Of a DNA stretch of 64,000 bases, positions 1 through 13,258 are shown piece after piece; the stretch's first letter is position 1; each line of letters starts with the position of its first letter. The notes beneath the pieces were generated by a model. It was not told where the DNA came from, searched no databases, and saw only the letters and a list, made by a program, of their open reading frames with translations. The position numbers and the translations under genes were made by a program. Source of the DNA: Mobula hypostoma (Eukaryota); assembly GCF_963921235.1 (NCBI RefSeq), contig NC_086108.1, positions 17,732,001 through 17,796,000 on the forward strand, in the 5' to 3' direction.

Positions 1-740
1 GGAAAAGGGGAGGTGCAACGAGACCTGGGTGTCATTATACACCAGTCATTGAAAGTGGGCATGCAGGTACAGCAGGCGGTGAAAAAGGCGAACGGTATGC
101 TGGCATTTATAGCGAGAGGATTCGAGTACAGGAGCAGGGAGGTACTACTGCAGTTGTACAAGGCCTTGGTGAGACCACACCTGGAGTATTGTGTGCAGTT
201 TTGGTCCCCTAATCTGAGGAAAGACATCCTTGCCATAGAGGGAGTACAAAGAAGGTTCACCAGATTGATTCCTGGGATGGCAGGTCTTTCATATGAAGAA
301 AGACTGGATGAACTGGGCTTGTACTCGTTGGAATTTAGAAGATTGAGGGGGGATCTGATTGAAACGTATAAGATCCTAAAGGGATTGGACAGGCTAGATG
401 CGGGAAGATTGTTCCCGATGTTGGGGAGGTCTAGAACGAGGGGTCACAGTTTGAGGATAGAGGGGAAGCCTTTTAGGACCGAGGTTAGGAAAAACTTCTT
501 CACACAGAGAGTGGTGAATCTGTGGAATTCTCTGCCACAGCAAACTGTTGAGGCCAGTTCATTAGCTATGTTTAAAAGGAAGTTAGATATGGCCCTTGTG
601 GCTACAGGGGTCACGGGGTATGGAGGGAAGGCTGGGTTCTGAGTTGGATGATCAGCCATGATCATAATAAATGGCGGTGCAGGCTCGAAGGGCCGAATGG
701 CCTACTCCTGCACCTATTTTCTATGTTTCTATGTTTCTAT
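1..740 (+). mobile_element. CR1-clade (HER1-like) LINE, 3' part; young copy running off the window start
   Basis: ORF 13..642 has CR1 ORF2 C-terminal motifs (LYKALVRPHLEYCVQFWSP, RRLRGDLIETYK, RTRGH, FFTQRVVNLWNSLP); 3' UTR ends in (TTTCTATG)n tail at about 718-740. Confidence 0.95.
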
Positions 741-1524
741 AAGCGTGAGGTGGTTCATTTTGGAATGTCAAATATGATGGCAGAATATAGTATTAATGGT
801 AAGACTCTTGGCAGTGTAGAGGATCAGAGGGATCTTGGGGTCTGAGTCCATAGGACATTCAAAGCTGCTACACAGGTTGACTCTGTGGTTAAGAAGGCAT
901 ATGGTGCATTGGCCTTCATCAATTGTTGGACTGAGTGTAAGAGCCGAGAGGTAATGTTGCAGCTATATAGGACCCTGGTTAGACCCCACTTGGAATATTG
1001 TGCTCAATTTTGGTTGCCTCACTATCGGAAGGACGTGGAAACTATAGAAAGGGTGCAGAGGAGATGTACAAGGATATTGCCTGAATTGGGGAGCATGCCT
1101 TATGAGAATAGGTTGAGTGAACTCAGCCTTTTCTCCTTGGAGCGACGGAGGATGAGAGGTGACTTAATAGAGGCATACAAGATAATGAGAGGCATTGGTC
1201 GTGTGGATAGTCAGAGGCTTTTCTCCAGGGCTGAAATGGCTAGCACGAGAGGGCACAATGTTAACGTGCTTGGAAGTAGATACAGAGGAGATGTCAGGGG
1301 TAATTTTTTTACGCAGAGTGGTGAGTGCGTGGAATGGTCTGCCAGCGGCGGTGGTGAAGGCGGAAACTATAGGGTCTTTTAAGAGACTCCTGGATGGCTA
1401 CATGGAGCTTAGAAAAATAGAGGGCTATGGGTAAAGCCTAGGTAGTTCTAAGGTAGGGACATATTCAGCACAGATTTGTGGGCCAAAGGGCCTGTATTGT
1501 GCTGTATGTTTTCTATGTTTCTAT
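741..1524 (+). mobile_element. CR1 LINE 3' fragment of a second family (host of the copy at 1-740)
   Basis: Frameshifted ORFs 885..1382 and 1195..1434 with the same RT C-terminal motifs; tail TTCTATGTTTCTA at about 1511-1523. Confidence 0.9.
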
Positions 1525-2149
1525 TGCTTGCCCTATCGATGGGTTAAATTGGACATCTCCCTCCAACCACTGAGAGGCTTCCCGGCACATGAGTGTCATT
1601 GGACCCCTGGTACCTACAGCTGCATGTGTCTGAATAATTTGATGCATAGTCATGGAGTAATGCAGTATGGAAACAGGCCTTAAATCCAACTCATCCATGC
1701 TGACCGTGATGCCTACCAACCTTGTCCCATTCAACAATATGGACATGCTTTTCCATTCAATCACATAGCTTTCAGCACATATTTCATATTCTGTGATTCT
1801 TTTAATACCTCGTAATCTAATAACTTCTGAATTGAATTTGCTGCCTCCACAGCCTTCTTGTGAAGGGTTTCCAACTTTAAACTTCAAACTGGTTTCTTGC
1901 TGCCTGGCCAGCTCACTGTTTTTGGCATTTTCTGTTTTTTATTATTTTGAAGAATTTTACTTTCCTGATATATTCTGAATGGCTGACCGCTTATTCTGGG
2001 TATCACTACTGGTTCTTGACTTCTCATCCAGGAGAACATTGGCTTCTTATCCAACTCATCAAGCCCTGTAGTAATTTTATATACTGTAGTTGTTTTAAAC
2101 TCCTTGGCCAAATGGCTTAATCACTCCTCATAAGCAATCTGATCAACCT

Positions 2150-3735
2150 TCGTCACTTTGTACAAGAACAAGGGTGCAACAACAACAGTGGTATCTCCCT
2201 CCTAAGTAATGTCAGCAAAGTCTTTGCTCGTATAACTCTAGCACGTCAACAAACTCTGGCAGAACAGGTCTACCCTGAGTCCCAATGTGGTTTTCGCGCA
2301 AGGAGGTCAACTGTCGACATGATTTTCTCACTCCGTCAACTCCAGGAGAAGTGCAGGGAACAACAGAAACCCCTCTATGTCGCTTTCATCAACTTGACCA
2401 AGGCATTCAACCTTTTCAGCAGGGATGGGCTCTTTCAGATTCTCCTCAAGTTTGGCTGTCCCCCAAAACTCCAAAGCATCATCAAGTCATTCCATGACAA
2501 CATGAGGGCTACTGTTCAGTACGATGGCAGCTCATCAGAACCCTTCGCTATTTGTTGTGGAGTCAAACAAGGATGCGTGTTGGCCCCAATATTATTCGGC
2601 ATGTCCTTCTCTATGCTATTGAAGCATGCGTTTGGGACGTCAACAGGAGGCATCTACATGCACACCAGGTCTGATGGGCGGCTGTTCAACCCTGCGCGCC
2701 TGACAGCAAGAACAAAGGTGCGAGAGATCTTAATACGTGACATGCTATTTGCGGATGATGCTGCTATAACCTTGCACACCAAACAGCAACTACAAACTCT
2801 GATGGACTGCAAGGACTTCAGACATACAAGGACTTCAGACTTACCATCAACCTAAAGAAAATAAATGTCCTTGCCCAGAACGTAATGGAGACACCAGTCA
2901 TTACCATCGACAATTATGATCTAGAAGTGGTCCACGAGTTCATATACTTGGGGTCGACCATTAGCGACACTCTCTCCCTTGATGCTGAAATCAATAGGCG
3001 TATCGGCAAAGCAACATCAATCCTTGCTGGACTCTCCTCGCGGGTCTGGGAGAATCTGAAACTCGCTGCAAAGACCAAGACTGCCATGTATAATGCATGC
3101 GTTATCAGCCCCCTCCTGTATGGTAGCATGACTTGGACCATCTACTCCAAGCAGGAGAGGAAATTCAATAGTTTTCACCTGTGCAGCCTTCGCCGCATCC
3201 TCGGCATCACCTGGGGAGACAAAGTCCCAAACTCTGAGGTCCTCTCCCACCTTGGAATTCCCATAACGTTCATGCTTTTAAGACAACGCAGACTGCGCTG
3301 GCTGGGCCACGTCCGTCATATGAACGATGGTAGACTGCCAAAGGACATCCCCTACGGAGAGCCAGCAACAGGCAAGAGGAACGTTGGTAGACCACAGCTT
3401 TGCCTCAAGGACCTCTGCAAGCGCGACATGAAAGCCTTAAAAATCAACACAGAGTGCTGGGAGGATAGAGCAGGTGACCGCAACAAATGGCAAGATACTC
3501 TTCAGCAACACCTAGAGCAAAGTGAAAGAGTGATCCTGACTCAGTTTGAGGAGCAGAGAGCTTAACAGAGAGCACAGTGGACAGCGGACAACAATTTCAT
3601 GACGCCCTACACATGCAGCAACTGTGGCAGAGCCTCCCATTCCAGAATCGGCCTCAATAGCCACAGTCGATGCTGCTCAACAAACCAGTGACTACCAGAG
3701 GGGCGCAGTACCCATGGTTGACCACAACCGACGGA

Positions 3736-3786
<51 letters not shown>
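2150..3786 (+). mobile_element. RTE-clade LINE, 5'-truncated and frameshifted
   Basis: PESQCGFR, GVKQGCVLAP, DGRLFN, LFADD, FIYLGS, RRLRWLGHV motifs (ORFs 2319..2855, 2885..3565); C-terminal CxxC..H finger near 3610-3680; (CA)n tail. Confidence 0.92.
3739..3786. repeat. (CA)n microsatellite, about 24 units, at the RTE 3' end
   Basis: Directly visible. Confidence 0.97.
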
Positions 3787-3787
<1 letters not shown>

Positions 3788-4099
3788 CCTTTGCTGCACT
3801 CCCTTCAACACATTCCCTTTTATCTCAAATTAATTGCACTCAACACACTTCACTTTTAAGATGGCATGTATCCAGCACTAATACTGGCTCTTTGTGGTTG
3901 TAACACTCAAATTTCCAAAGACTTGCTGCTTCACAGCTCAAGTAGCCAATTTCTTCCCACATCCCAAAATGTGAGGGTTGGTAGGTTAATTCTCTTACTA
4001 TAAATTGTCCCAAAGAACTTTGTGGGAGTTGATGGGAATATGAAAAGAAAGAAAAAACAAAATGGGATTAATGTAGGATTAGTGTAATGGGTGCATCAT

Positions 4100-4912
4100 C
4101 CTACAAGGGTGTGTTGTCTGCCTGGTGTCTAGGTTTGGGTCAACTCATCTGACCTGCAAAGGGTATCAACAATGCAGGAAGAACAAGAAAAGAGATTATG
4201 CTGAGGGAATTTGAGTAGCTGGGGACCAACTTTAATACAAAACCAAAAAGGCAATCTCTGGATTGCCATTTGAGTCGTGTGCAAACAGGCACAGGGCTAA
4301 AAAGATCAGAGAGCTAACTACATGATGGACGTGGGAGAAGTGGGTTTGAATTTATGGGACATTGGCTCCAGTACTGGGGAAAGTGGGAACTGTTCCGATG
4401 GGAACAGTTTAACAGTCCACTTTAACTATGCTGAAACCGGGGTACTGGCAAATCACGAAGCTAGGGATGTCGAAAGGGCTTTAAACTAAATAGTAAGGGA
4501 TTGGTTCAACAGCTTGGAAAAGTGTGGCTAAAGCAAAAGGAAAGGAGAGCACGGGAGAGGTTACAGGTCTCCAGAATAAAAGAATAAGACAAAAAGTTGA
4601 GAAAGGGACAAGAATTTAACTTCAGGTGACTGGGAGACAAAATTAAAAAGAAAGGTAGTGAATATAGGACTAAAGGTGTTACACTGGAATGCGCACAATA
4701 TACAAAATAAGGTAGATGATCTTGTATTGCAATTAGAAATTGTTGGTTATGGAAGATCACAGGATACATATCGTAAAGAAAGGACAGGCAGGTGAACAGA
4801 GAGGATGGGGTTGCCTTGTTGGTAAAAATGAAATCAAATTCTTAGAAATAAGTGACATATGATCAGAAGATGTAGGATCCTTGGGATAGAGTTGAGAAAC
4901 TGCAAGAGTAAA
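4100..4912 (+). mobile_element. Decayed CR1 ORF1 (esterase) and start of ORF2 endonuclease
   Basis: Remnants of CLPG, ISGLLP and the NA.NI.NK.D.L endonuclease start; collinear with the CR1 at 24448-28600. Confidence 0.7.
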
Positions 4913-5375
4913 CAGGCCTTCAGACAAGCAAGATAAATTGCCACATGTACACCAAAACTTACAGTGAAACGTGTCTTTTACGTCAACATACATGTCAGTC
5001 CATGGCCGCCTCTACTATCATGATGAGGTCACACTCAGGCTGGAAGAGCAACACCTCATATTCCATCTGGCTAGCCTCCAACCTGATGGCATGAACATAG
5101 ATTCTCAAACTTCTGGCAATGATCCCCCCCCCCACCTCTCCTTCACCATACCCCATTCCCATTTGCCTCTCCACCTTATCTCTTTAACTGCCCATCACCT
5201 CCCTCTGGTGTTCCTCTCCCTTTTCTTTCTTCCATGGCCTTCTGTTCTCTCCTATTAGATTCCCCCTTCTCCAGCCCTGTACCTCTTTCACCAATCAACT
5301 TCCCAGCTTTTTGCTTCACCCCTCACTCCCCCCCCCGTTTCACCTATCACCTTGTGTTCCTTCCTCCCCTCCCCC

Positions 5376-5590
5376 CACGTGGCCAAATGGTTAAGGCGTT
5401 CATCTAGTTACCTCAAGGTTGCTAGTTCGAGCCTCAGCTATAGGTGCGTGTTTGTGCCCTTGAGCAAGGCACTTAATCACACATTGCTCTAATCTGTGCA
5501 AGGAGTGGTGCCCCACACAGACTTCCAATCTGCACCCTGTAAGGCATGAAAATGCCCGACGCAGGCCTCTCATGGTCTGAGTCGACGTTC
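5376..5590 (+). mobile_element. tRNA-derived SINE
   Basis: A box TGGCCAAATGG, B box GTTCGAGCC (5425-5433); CCTCCCCTCC flanks both sides; second copy at 33456-33663. Confidence 0.85.
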
Positions 5591-5639
5591 CCTCCCCTCC
5601 GTCCACCTTTTTATCCTGACTCCTCATCTTTTTTTTCTC

Positions 5640-5677
5640 CAGGCCTGATGAAGTGTCTTGGCCTGAAACGTCGACTG
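5640..5677 (+). ncRNA. Minimal hammerhead ribozyme motif in a Penelope pseudo-LTR (core intact, stems weakened)
   Basis: CTGATGA (5645-5651) ... GAAACGTC (5665-5672) followed by GACTG. Confidence 0.7.
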
Positions 5678-5775
5678 TACTCTTTTCCATAAGTGCTGCC
5701 TGGTCTGCTGAGTCTGTCCAGCATTTTGTGTGTGTTGTTTGGATTTCCAACATCTGCAGATTTTCTCTTGTTTGT

Positions 5776-6040
5776 GAACATACAGTGAAATGTGTTTTGT
5801 GTCAAATCAAATCAGTGACGACTGTGCTAAACATCCGGCAAGTGTTTCCACACTTCTAGCTCCAACGCAGCATTGACACAACTAACTAACCCTAACTGTA
5901 AATCTTTGGAATGTGGGAGGAATCTGCAGCACCCAAAGGAAATCCACATGGCATTGGTAAAAATCTACAAGCTCCTTCCCTAATCAAACCCTAATCTTAC
6001 AGCTGGCATTCTAAAGCATTACACTAACTGCTATGCTAAT
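5776..6040 (-). mobile_element. HE1-like tRNA SINE, decayed
   Basis: TCTTTGGAATGTGGGAGGAA..GCACCC..GGAAATCCACATGG core, resembling the copies near 33315 and 38120. Confidence 0.6.
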
Positions 6041-6417
6041 TGCCAATCTTTCAGAATATATTTTAATATTTGTTAATTTATTTGTGGTAATATTACTTTA
6101 TGTGGTGTATGTGAGTTATATGTACTGTGTTGTGCACCTTGGTCCGGAACATCGTTGTTCTTTTCACAACATACAGTTGAATGACAATAAACTTGAACTT
6201 GAACTATGCTACTGTGCCACCAGGATGTGGAGAACAAATTGCAACAGAAGATACAAAAGGCATGTAAAAAGGATAATGTTTCAATAGCCATGGAGAATTC
6301 CAATATGCATTGGAAATTCCTAGTGGGCTCAGCCACAAGCTGCTCCAAAAAGCCATCTTCTAGGCATTCTGCAAATTCCCTCTCTAGGGATCCAGCACCA
6401 ACTTGAGTTTTCCAATC

Positions 6418-6731
6418 AGTAAGTGAAAAACACCAGAAATATGCTGAATTGAAAGAGGAAATTGAAAAACATTGGAACATGAACAAGGTATACATTGTCC
6501 CGATAGTAATATCTACAATTGGTATTATTCCAAAGTCACTACACTATAACATTAAACAATTAGGGCTACACAGTAATATCTATGTAAATCTTCAGAAAGC
6601 CACAATACTCAACACCACTAGAATAGTCCAAAAGTTCCTAGCAATTGAGAAATGAGTGTGCTTGGCTATGCCTGTACCTCAGGTTTTTCCTGCTTGAACT
6701 GAGAAAAAATATAATAATAATAAATAAATAA
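6418..6731 (+). mobile_element. R4/Dong-like non-LTR element 3' end (restriction-like endonuclease C-terminus)
   Basis: EK..KY.ELK.EI...W....V.IVPIVIST.G.IPK.L...LQKA.IL.T.RIV.KFL (ORF 6449..6655) followed by a (TAA)n tail. Confidence 0.75.
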
Positions 6732-6734
6732 GCA

Positions 6735-6945
6735 AAAATATGAAGAACATGGGATGAAGAGTCCTTGAAGGTGAGTCCAAAGATTGTAGGAACAGTTCAG
6801 TGATGGGGCAAGTAAAATGGGGTGATATTATCCGCTCTGGTTCAGGAGCCTTATGGTTGAGGGGTAATAACTGCTCCTGAATCTAGTTGTGTTTGTCCTG
6901 ATGCTCCAGTACCTTCTTCCTCATGGCAGCAGTGAGAAGAGAGCA
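6735..6945 (-). mobile_element. Rex1/Babar LINE 3' fragment
   Basis: Reverse complement similar to 18770-18945. Confidence 0.6.
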
Positions 6946-7368
6946 TAAAGTTGAAATAGGAAGGTAAGAGGGCCAATAATATAAAAGAAGATACAAGAAG
7001 TTTATTTTCAGATATATTAAGAGTAATAGTGAGGCAAGAGTGGATAATGGACTGCTGGAAAATGACACTGGAGAAATAGTAATGGGGAACAAAGAAATGG
7101 AGGACATTCTGAATAAGTATTTTGCAACAGCCTTTAATGTATAAGACACCAGCCATATGACTAATTGAATTTGTCAGTGTCAGTGGGCAGAAATGAGTAT
7201 TGTCGCTATTACTAAGAAGAAGATGCTTGCAAAGCGGAAAGGTCCAAAGGTGGATAAGTCACCTGGACTGGATGGCTTACACCCCAGTATTCTGAAAGAG
7301 GTGGCTGAAGAAATTGTGAAGGCATTAGTAGTGATCTTTCAAGAATTCCTAGATTTTGGAATGGTTCG

Positions 7369-7957
7369 ACTCAGGCCTAGGGGGCCAGCGTCGGGCATGA
7401 TGACGGACTCTCCACTTCTCCCTCTCCCTCATCAGTGTGTTCAGTTCATCTACATTAGCTGTGCTGCTGTCTTCTAGGAGCGTGTTGACCATAGTCTTGA
7501 GAGGGCGCCCAGGGTTCATCCTCACGTGCTTGGGCTCCCATATGATGACTAGGCTGACAGGTAGCTCGGGGTGGCATAGACAGTGCCCCGCTAGTTGCAG
7601 TCTTCTTGCCTCGATTTTAGTGGAGAGCATCAGTAGGTTGTTATAGAGCTCAACGTTCGTCATGTGCTGTTGCCAACTCACATCAAGAGCCATCCGGAGC
7701 ATTCGTGTACATCAACTATCTAGAGACTTTCGCATCATCTTGGTGAGTGTCCATGTCTCACATCCGTACGTGAGAATGGACTCTATGACTGCTATGAAAA
7801 TCCTCTTCCACGTTTCCTTCATGTCGTTCATAGCACTCCACACCAGCACTTTCCGTATCTTTATGTGCTTCTCCGAACTCATCATTCTTGTCCCGAGGTA
7901 CTTGTAGTCAAAGACTTTCTTAATGGTATAATTCTCTACGGTCTTGAGAGTACCGTA
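7369..7957 (-). mobile_element. RTE-group LINE 3' fragment
   Basis: DYKYLG remnant; MLRMALDVSWQQHMTNVELY...RRLQLAGHC (ORF 7349..7702); approximate TSD GAATGGTTC/GAATGATTC. Confidence 0.8.
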
Positions 7958-8296
7958 GAATGATTCAGGGGGACTGAAATGTTGCTATGCCACTTTACTT
8001 TTTAAGAAGAGGGACAAAAGACAGGAAATTATAGGCCAGTTATCTTGACTTATGTGATTGGTGAGATGTCGGAGTCCATTATTAAGAATTCAGTTTTGGG
8101 GTACTTGGAAGATCATGATATCATAGAGTTAAGTCAGCATGGTTTACATATGGGAAAATTTTGCCTGACAAATCTGCTGGAATCATTTGAAAAATAACAA
8201 GCAGTATAGACAAAGGAGAGTCAGTGGATGATGCGCGCTTGGATTTTTAGAAGGCCTTTGACAAGGTGCCACATATGAAGCTGCTTAACAAGTTAA

Positions 8297-9455
8297 CATA
8301 GAAAATAGGTGCAGCAGTAGGCCATTCGGCCCTTCGAGCCTGCACCGTCATTCAGTATGATCATGGCTGATCATCCAACTCAGAACCCTTCACCAGCCTT
8401 CCCTCCATACCCCCTGATCCCTTTAGCCACAAGGGCCATATCTAACTCCCTCTTAAATATAGCCAATGAACTGGCCTCAACTGTTTCCTGTGGCAGAGAA
8501 TTCCACAGATTCACCACTCTCTGTGTGAAGAAGTTTTTCCTGATCTCGGTCCTAAAAGGCTTCTCCTTTATCCTCAAACTGTGACCCCTCGTTCTGGACT
8601 TCCCCAACATCGAGAACAATCTTCCTGCATCTGGCCTGTCCAATCCCTTTAGGATTTTATACGTTTCAATCAGATCCCCCCTCAATCTTCTAAATTCCAA
8701 CGAGTATAAGCCTAGTTCATCCAGTCTTTCATCATATGAAAGTCCTGCCATCCCAGGAATCAATCTGGTGAACCTTCTTTGTACTCCCTCTATGGAAAGG
8801 ATGTCTTTCCTCAGATTAGGGGACCAAAACTGCACACAATACTCCAGGTGTGGTCTCACCAAGGCCTTGTACAACTGCAGTAGTACCTCCCTGCTCCTGT
8901 ACTCGAATCCTCTCGCTATAAATGCCAGCATACCATTTGCCTTTTTCATCGCCTGCTGTACCTGCATGCCCACTTTCAATGACTGGTGTATAATGACACC
9001 CAGGTCTCGTTGCACCTCCCCTTTTCCTAATCGGCCACCATTCAGATAATAATCTGTTTTCCTGTTTTTGCCACCAAAGTGGATAACTTCACATTTATCC
9101 ACATTAAATTGCATCTGCCATGAATTTGCCCACTCACCTAACCTATCCAAGTCACCCTGCATCCTCTTAGCATCCTCCTCACAGCTAACACTGCCGCCCA
9201 GCTTCGTGTCATCCGCAAACTTGGAGATGCTGCATTTAATTCCCTCATCCAAGTCATTAATATATATTGTAAACAACTGGGGTCACAGCACTGAGCCTTG
9301 AGGTACCCCACTAGTCACTGCCTGCTATTCTGAAGAGGTCCCGTTTATTCCCACTCTTTGCTTCCTGTCTGCCAACCAACTCTCTATCCACATCAATACC
9401 TTACCCCCAATACCGTGTGCTTTAAGTTTGCACACTAATCTCCTGTGTAATCTCC
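8297..9455 (-). mobile_element. Young HER1-like CR1, 5'-truncated
   Basis: ORF 8380..9276 (298 aa) with KFADDTKLG and the C-terminal motifs; near-identical to the other HER1-like copies. Confidence 0.95.
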
Positions 9456-10679
9456 TTAAGAGCCCATTGTATTACAGGAAAAATACTAGCACTGACAGAA
9501 GATTAACTGACTGGCAGAAGGCAAAAAGTGGGAATAAGAGGGGTCTTTTCCGGTTGGTTGTCAGCAACTAATGGTGTTCCACAAGGGTTGATTTTGGGTT
9601 CACTACTTTCACATTCTATGTTAATGATCTGGGAGACAAAATTGATAGTTTTGTTCCTAAATTTGTTGATAGTGTAAAGATAGGTGGAGGAGCAGGTAGT
9701 GTGTGGAAGCAGGAAGTCTGCTGAAGGACTTGGATAGATTGGGAGAGTGGGTAAAGAAGTGGTAGATGGAATATAGTGTTGGGAAATGCATGGTCATGCA
9801 CTTTGATAGTAAAGCTAAAGATGTAGTCTATTTTCTCAAGGGGCAGTGAATTACTAAAGCAGAGGTGCAAAGGATTCCCTAAAGTTTAACTTGAAGAATG
9901 AGACAGTATTAAGGAAGGCAAATGCAATGTTAGCATTTCAAGGGACTAGAATATAAAATCACAAATGTATTGGTGAGGCTTTTTCAAGCATTGGTCAGAC
10001 CACATTTGTAGTGTCATGAGCAGTTTTGCAGCCATATCTAAGAAAGGATGCGCTGGCATTAGAGCAAGTCCAAAGGAGGTTTATGAAAATGATCCCTGGA
10101 ATGAAAGAGTTAATATATGAGGGGAATTTGATGGCTCTGGGCTTGTACTCATTGGTGTTTAGAAGAATGAAGGGAGATCTCATTCTTCTTTATTGAATAT
10201 TGAAGGGCCTTGATAGAGTGGACGTAGAGAAAATGTTTCAAATTGTGGGAGAGTCTAGGACCAGAGGGCTCAGTCTCAGAATTTAAGGAAATCCCTTTAA
10301 AACAGAGGAATTTCTTTGGCTGGGGGTGGTGAAACATTGCCACAGATGGCTGCAGAGGCCAAGTCATTGGGTATATAAACAAAGGTTAATAGGTTTTTGA
10401 TGAGTAAGGGTGTCAAAAATTAAGGGGAAAAAGCAAGACAATTAGTTGGGAGGGAAAATAAATCAACCATGATTGAATGGTGGAGCAGAATCAATGGACT
10501 GAATGGCCTAATTCTGCTCCCATGTCTTATGGTTCTTGTATTCTGGTTGAATGGATTTGATGGGACAAAGGTGCTATTACCTGTTTATGACTCTATGACC
10601 CTGATGTCATAGAGGTGATGCTTCGAGAAATAAGTGGTGGTGTTGTGCGTCCCTGAACCCTGAGGTTTTTTATATTTCA

Positions 10680-12229
10680 AAATAGTCTTCAATCATAATA
10701 GATACAATAGATATTATTATTAATAATGACAAGATACAAAGGAAGAAACAATGCAAAAAGACTTACACATTCATGGTCAAGAAATTCAGTAGTGTAAATT
10801 TGCATTTTTAAAAGGAAAAAATAAACAATTATAGCACCATGCCACTCATGTGGCCCACTGGGGTATTATGCCTTTCTGTATATACTCCTACAGCTTGTAC
10901 TGTGCCAGCCTACAACATTCCCCATAGACATTTCACTGTACTGGAGGACCAACAAACATTGAGAGGACAAACGACGTCTTTCACCAAGTTCTGTTCCTCC
11001 AGCAGTACTTGATGGCTAGGCTGTTATGTGTTCCCGGGAACAACCCATGGTTCAGTCTTCTGTTACGTAGTTGCTGGGGATGAACTGGGGAAATCCAGTC
11101 TGCAAAGAGGTGGGCGAGTGCCTCTTCTCCACTGCAGAAAAAGATTCACAAGGATGTTGTCAGGAGGAAGAAGGCTTATGAGGGCCTCTTTCACCACCAT
11201 CCTAGCAAGGTGTTGGCACTTTTTGGTGAGATTTAGTGTTGAGGCATTTTGCCAGATGACTTGGACAGTTCACTCAGAGAACAACCGCATGGTGTCCCTG
11301 TCCTGCAGCACCTGCAGGATATACCAATGAACTTGTGGTCAAAGGTGTTTAATTGGAAAACCTCTTCCACAGAGGACAGGTGGTGCAGTAATGTTCAGCT
11401 GACTGTGGTGTTATGCGGTAGAGGGACAAGTCCAATCTTCTGCAACACCAGGGACAGGTAGAACCTCAGTAAACAGTGATACTGGGTGGACATGTACTTT
11501 GACTCTACACATGAAGTTGGTCATCAGAAGAGTGCAACTCTAGATACACTTTTGTTTCCATTCTTGGAGGACTTATGTATCATGGTCCATTGGACTTGCT
11601 CCATCTTGACTCCAGATGAATTAGAAGATGTTCTGGGTGATTACTGAAACAGAGGAATTGGTAACAGATCACACTTGTACCCAATACATCAAACCTCAGA
11701 GAACATTCCACATGATGGCCACGTTTTTCCCAGTTATTGACAGAGAACACCATTTCCAAGGACACATTTTTTGTTTTACTTTTCCAGTCAGTTTTTACAT
11801 TTTACGTGCCCCATCCCCTCCAATCCAGGTCGTCGGTGCCTTCAGGGCTTGACAGTGAAGGGTCCATTGAATTGGTTGGGCCAGTTACCAAAGGGCATGG
11901 CCTCACTCTTACTGCAGTTGACCTTGGCCCCCAATGCCAATTCAAATTGGTCATAGATACTGATCAGTCTATGAACTAACCTTAGATCCAAGTAGAGGAC
12001 AGCAACATTGACCATGTACAGGGAGGTTTTGACTTGTGTGTCTCCGCTGTCTGGCAAAGTCACCCCTCATGCTCTCGTCCTTCCTGATGTATTCGGCAAA
12101 GGGTTCTATACAGCATAGAAACAAGGCAGAGGTAAGTGGACAACCCTGTCTGATTCCAGATTTGATGGGGGATCTATCTGCCTACTAACCATTAGTTTGA
12201 ACTGAGCTATGGATGTTCATGTAAAGCAG
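10680..12229 (-). mobile_element. Tx1/L1-clade LINE ORF2, 3' part, decayed
   Basis: Minus-strand SGIRQGCPL...IEPFA...LPDSG..QVKTSLYM, GAKVN.SKS motifs. Confidence 0.75.
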
Positions 12230-12984
12230 TTATAGAGATATAAAAGTTATAGAGCAATATGGCAAGGGTATAAGCCTTTGGCTCAACAAGTCTGTGCTGA
12301 CCATGTCCATCCAACTAGTACACATTTACTACATTTGTCACATATCCCTCTAAGTCCCGCCCCTCCAGGTTTCTTAAATGATACCATTGTACTTGCCTCA
12401 GCGACATCCTCTCACAGCTCTTTCCATGTACTCACCATCCTCTGCATGGAAAAGTTTCCCCTCAGGTCCCTTTTAGGTCATTCCTCTCTCACCCTTTTTA
12501 TGGTCCCTAGTTCTGAACTCCCCTACCCTGGGAAATGACTGTTACCATATACCTTATCTACGCCTCTCATGATTTTAAACAATTCTAAAAGATTCACAAG
12601 GATTTTGCTAGGATTAGGGAGCACAAGTTATAGGGAGAGCTTGGCCAGGCTAGGTGTTTACCTAGCCTATGTTCCAAGGAGTAAACACCTAGCCTGGCCA
12701 AGCTCTCCCTATAACTTGTGCTCGCTAATCTTGGCAACATCCTTGTGAATCTTTTCCTACATTCTCTTCAGTTTAACCACATCTTTCCTATAACAGGGTG
12801 ACCAAAACTGCACACAGTACTCCAAGTTTGGCCTCACCAATGATTTATACAACTGCAACATAATGTCCCAACTCCTATTCCCAATGCCCTGTCTGATGAA
12901 GGCAATTTGCTACACACTTTTTTCATCACCCTATTTACCTCTGACACCACTTTCAATGAACTTGTACTCCTAGGACCACTTTGC

Positions 12985-13250
12985 GTAGACAACCAGTACC
13001 TTTTTCCAATGGTGACAATGGCCAATACAAGAGGACTTTTTTTTAAGTAGGTGGTGGAGAGTTTAGGGAGAATGTCAGAGGTGTTTTTGTTATACAGAGA
13101 GTGGTGGGTGGCTAGAACGCACTGCCAGTGGTGGTGGTAGAGGCTGGTATAATAGGGATATTTAAAAGGTTCTTTGATAGCCACATAGATGTAAGGTTAA
13201 TGGAGGACCATGGGCTGTGTAGGAAGGAAGGGTTAGATGGATAGTGGAAA
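12985..13250 (+). mobile_element. CR1 3'-end fragment
   Basis: TRG..., RVVGG.NALP..VVEA motif. Confidence 0.65.
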
Positions 13251-13258
13251 GTTTGTTT

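Larger units (their letters stand above)
4990..5773 (+). mobile_element. Penelope-like element 3' fragment (GIY-YIG C-terminus plus pseudo-LTR), interrupted by a SINE
   Basis: MSVHG..Y.HDE.TLRLEEQHLIF.L.SLQPDGMNID motif; pyrimidine-rich UTR; hammerhead motif; terminal tail CATCTGCAGATTTTCTCTTGTTT. Confidence 0.88.
6946..10535 (+). mobile_element. Old CR1 ORF2, disrupted by RTE (7369-7957) and young CR1 (8297-9455) insertions
   Basis: KSPG.DG.HP..LKE, SQHG, AFDKVPH and RT C-terminal motifs in order; 3' UTR ends CATGTCTTATGG. Confidence 0.85.

Noticed and set aside
3624..3903. His-Thr repeat proteins
   Set aside because: Translation of the (CA)n microsatellite.
5880..5997. CCCTAA motifs as interstitial telomere
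   Set aside because: Isolated, non-tandem hexamers inside a SINE body.
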